Assembly (NCBI GenBank): GCA_964507215.1
Contig: CAZDPF010000001.1
Span: 1-44,344, forward strand
Direction: 5' to 3'
DNA length: 44,344 nt
From: an uncultured Chryseobacterium sp.
GTDB taxonomy: Bacteria; Bacteroidota; Bacteroidia; Flavobacteriales; Schleiferiaceae
Shown piece after piece: positions 42,438-44,344 of this stretch. Position numbers and translations under genes: made by a program. The notes beneath the pieces are model-generated. The model ran no database searches. It was not told the DNA's origin and saw only the letters and a list, made by a program, of their open reading frames with translations. Positions within the stretch are counted from its first letter, which is position 1. Every line of letters begins with the position of its first letter.

Positions 42438-44344
42438 ATGCGCATGCGTACGTTCTTGATGGCCTCCTTACTGGTCTGGAGTTCAGCTCTGTTCTCCACG
42501 GTACACAGTGTGGTCACCACCGGCTTGTCTTTTGCACCACAGAATCTCACCATCAATCAGGGAGATACCGTTACATGGACCATTGGTGGAAGCCATAATG
42601 TCAATGGCCAACAAAGCACTTTCCCCAACAACCCGGCCTCTTTCTTTAGTGGTTCGGTGGGTGCAGTGTCTACTTACTCGTATCAGTTCACCGTTCCTGG
42701 AACTTACGATTACCAATGCGACCCGCATGTGTTTGCTGGAATGACCGGCACTATTACGGTGAACCCTGTGGCTACTGGCGGACAAGACATCACCATTGTA
42801 GGGGTTATTGATGGCCCGCTGTCAGGAGGTACGCCCAAAGCCATTGAGTTTTATGTAATTAATGACGTAGCAGACGCTAGTAGTTATGCCGTGGCCAACG
42901 CCAATAACGGAGGCGCTTTTGCTACGCCTTTCAACTTTCCTCCCATTGCACTTTCAGCAGGAGACCGTTTTCATATTGCCAATGATGTGGCTGGGTTCAC
43001 TGCCTTTTTCGGATCAGCACCTGACACCGTTCTTTCTGTAGCCAATATCAATGGAGACGACGTAGTGGGTTTGTTCCATCAAGGAACGCTGGTAGACGTT
43101 TTTGGTCAACCAGGCGTAGACGGCACAGGAACGCCTTGGGAGTACTTGGATGGTTGGGCATATCGCGTAGACAGTACCGGTCCGAACGCCACTTTTACTT
43201 TGAGCGAATGGACCTTCAGTGGAATCAATGCGCTTGATAATTCTACTTCCAACAGCAACGCCAATCCAGCCTTTCCTTTCAATACGTACAATCTAGGTGG
43301 CGGCGGATCCAACCCCAATACTTCTACACCTACGTACACCATTTCGCAAGTTCGTCCTACCGATATGACCACCGGTTTAGGCGACTCCATCGGCACCTAT
43401 TGCCGCATCTATGGAACCGTATTTACCATTGACTTTGATGGCAACGCAGGTTATTCCTTTTGGGTGAAAGACCACACCGCAGGCATCAATGTGTTCAACT
43501 TCAATGATGTGGGAAGCTACCAAGTAAGCGTGGGCGACAGCTTGGAGATTGTGGGCACCATTGACCAGTTCAACGGATTGTTGGAAATGGTTCCAGATAC
43601 CATCAACATTGTAAGCCAAGGAAACACTTTGAGCAATCCGCAGGTGGTAAGCACGCCGCTAGATGAAAGCACTGAAGGCAGCTATTTGCGCATCAACAAC
43701 CTCACCTTGGTGAACGCTTCACAATGGCCTACCGCAGGCAACAGCGCCAATGTTGATGCCACCGATGGAACCAATACTTACTTGATTCGCATTGACTCAG
43801 ATACCGATATTGATGGTTCTACCGCGCCCACGGGTTTGTTTGATATAGTAGGCGCTGGTGGACAGTTTGACAGCTCTCCTCCCGCTACCAGTGGTTACCA
43901 AATTCAACCCAGTAGCCTGCAAGACATCATTGTAAATGCGCCTACTGTTCCTACGGTGAACTTTGTGACCCCTGCTCAGTCTGAGCTCGAATCTGCTGGA
44001 CAGGTTTCTATTGATCTCAGCATTGTACCTGCAGCCACTGCGGCGGGAACTATTGAGATCGGCTTTGTACCCGGCGCCGGATTTACCCCACTTGATGGCA
44101 CCACCAATCCGGCCATCAACCTCGCCACAGGTACCATCACCTTGCCGTTCAACGCAGGCGACAGTCAGGTGTCTATTCAAGTGACCATCAATGACGACAC
44201 CGACCAAGAAGGCAATGAAACCGCTACTATGAGCATTCTGAGCGCCACTGGTGGCGTAAGCGTAGGGCCATTGAGCACAGGTACTTTCACCATTATCGAC
44301 AATGACATTCCCGTTCCGACGTACAATATCGCAGACATCAGAGG
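42438..44344 (+). CDS. Large secreted multidomain protein (5' partial): cupredoxin, LTD-like, OB-like and Calx-beta modules
   Basis: It is not in the ORF track because no stop occurs before the window end. My manual translation from the ATG at 42438 gives 635 codons without a stop: MRMRTFLMASLLVWSSALFS (signal peptide), then ...GDTVTWTIGGSHNVNG...GTYDYQCDPHVFAGMTGTITV (plastocyanin-type Cu site). Next come ...KAIEFYVIN...NINGDDVVGLF..., then ...YTISQVR...FWVKDHTAGINVF...GTIDQFNGLLEMVP..., then ...VSIQVTINDDTDQEGNETATMSIL (Calx-beta-like). Confidence 0.85.
   Translation, partial: MRMRTFLMASLLVWSSALFSTVHSVVTTGLSFAPQNLTINQGDTVTWTIGGSHNVNGQQSTFPNNPASFFSGSVGAVSTYSYQFTVPGTYDYQCDPHVFAGMTGTITVNPVATGGQDITIVGVIDGPLSGGTPKAIEFYVINDVADASSYAVANANNGGAFATPFNFPPIALSAGDRFHIANDVAGFTAFFGSAPDTVLSVANINGDDVVGLFHQGTLVDVFGQPGVDGTGTPWEYLDGWAYRVDSTGPNATFTLSEWTFSGINALDNSTSNSNANPAFPFNTYNLGGGGSNPNTSTPTYTISQVRPTDMTTGLGDSIGTYCRIYGTVFTIDFDGNAGYSFWVKDHTAGINVFNFNDVGSYQVSVGDSLEIVGTIDQFNGLLEMVPDTINIVSQGNTLSNPQVVSTPLDESTEGSYLRINNLTLVNASQWPTAGNSANVDATDGTNTYLIRIDSDTDIDGSTAPTGLFDIVGAGGQFDSSPPATSGYQIQPSSLQDIIVNAPTVPTVNFVTPAQSELESAGQVSIDLSIVPAATAAGTIEIGFVPGAGFTPLDGTTNPAINLATGTITLPFNAGDSQVSIQVTINDDTDQEGNETATMSILSATGGVSVGPLSTGTFTIIDNDIPVPTYNIADIR

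Noticed and set aside
1-44344. Search for CRISPR arrays, IS elements or transposases, integrases, tRNA/rRNA genes, prophage or toxin-antitoxin modules.
   Set aside because: No ORF shows a DDE, tyrosine- or serine-recombinase, reverse-transcriptase or Cas-like motif. No spaced direct repeats were seen. No intergenic gap exceeds about 157 nt, so there is no room for structured RNA genes. Composition is uniform apart from short AT-rich promoter gaps. A by-eye scan cannot exclude short dispersed repeats.

Overview
This is a compact, roughly 95% coding, about 50% GC window that looks like core chromosome of a Bacteroidota (Flavobacteriia-like) bacterium. The lineage call rests on several observations: recurrent TAnnTTTG '-7' promoter boxes in nearly every intergenic gap, Cys-lipobox lipoproteins, and a T9SS-type C-terminal sorting domain. 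It also rests on a fused E1 alpha/beta dehydrogenase and on the glmS / DUF4270-like / half-size GT5 / panC neighbourhood.

I support 43 CDS, one of which is absent from the ORF track because it runs off the 3' end. They include glmS, panC, dut, gpsA, uvrC and purD, the yceD-rpmF-fabH-accB-accC block, korAB-nifU-mrp, trmB and a two-component system.

I found no rRNA, tRNA, CRISPR array, transposase, integrase, reverse transcriptase or recognisable defence cassette, and no intergenic gap exceeds about 157 nt. So I cannot point to a clear-cut new 'system'. All family assignments come from motif reading only; no database search was possible.

The most interesting loci are:
1. A TonB-dependent receptor with FRAP/NPNL boxes, flanked by two diverged HmuY-like paralogues with different targeting signals. 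It heads a nine-gene overlap-coupled array that continues into Fe-S carrier genes and korAB.
2. A large truncated secreted protein that fuses an intact type-1 copper cupredoxin to LTD-like, OB-like and Calx-beta modules. It is transcribed divergently from a two-component system.
3. An iodotyrosine-deiodinase-type flavoprotein whose start overlaps the gpsA stop codon.
4. An EnvC-like protein with a degenerate LytM domain inside a seven-gene envelope operon.
5. An Ala-type alkyltransferase-like (ATL) protein.
6. Promoter boxes placed 4-5 nt from start codons, which suggests leaderless mRNAs.
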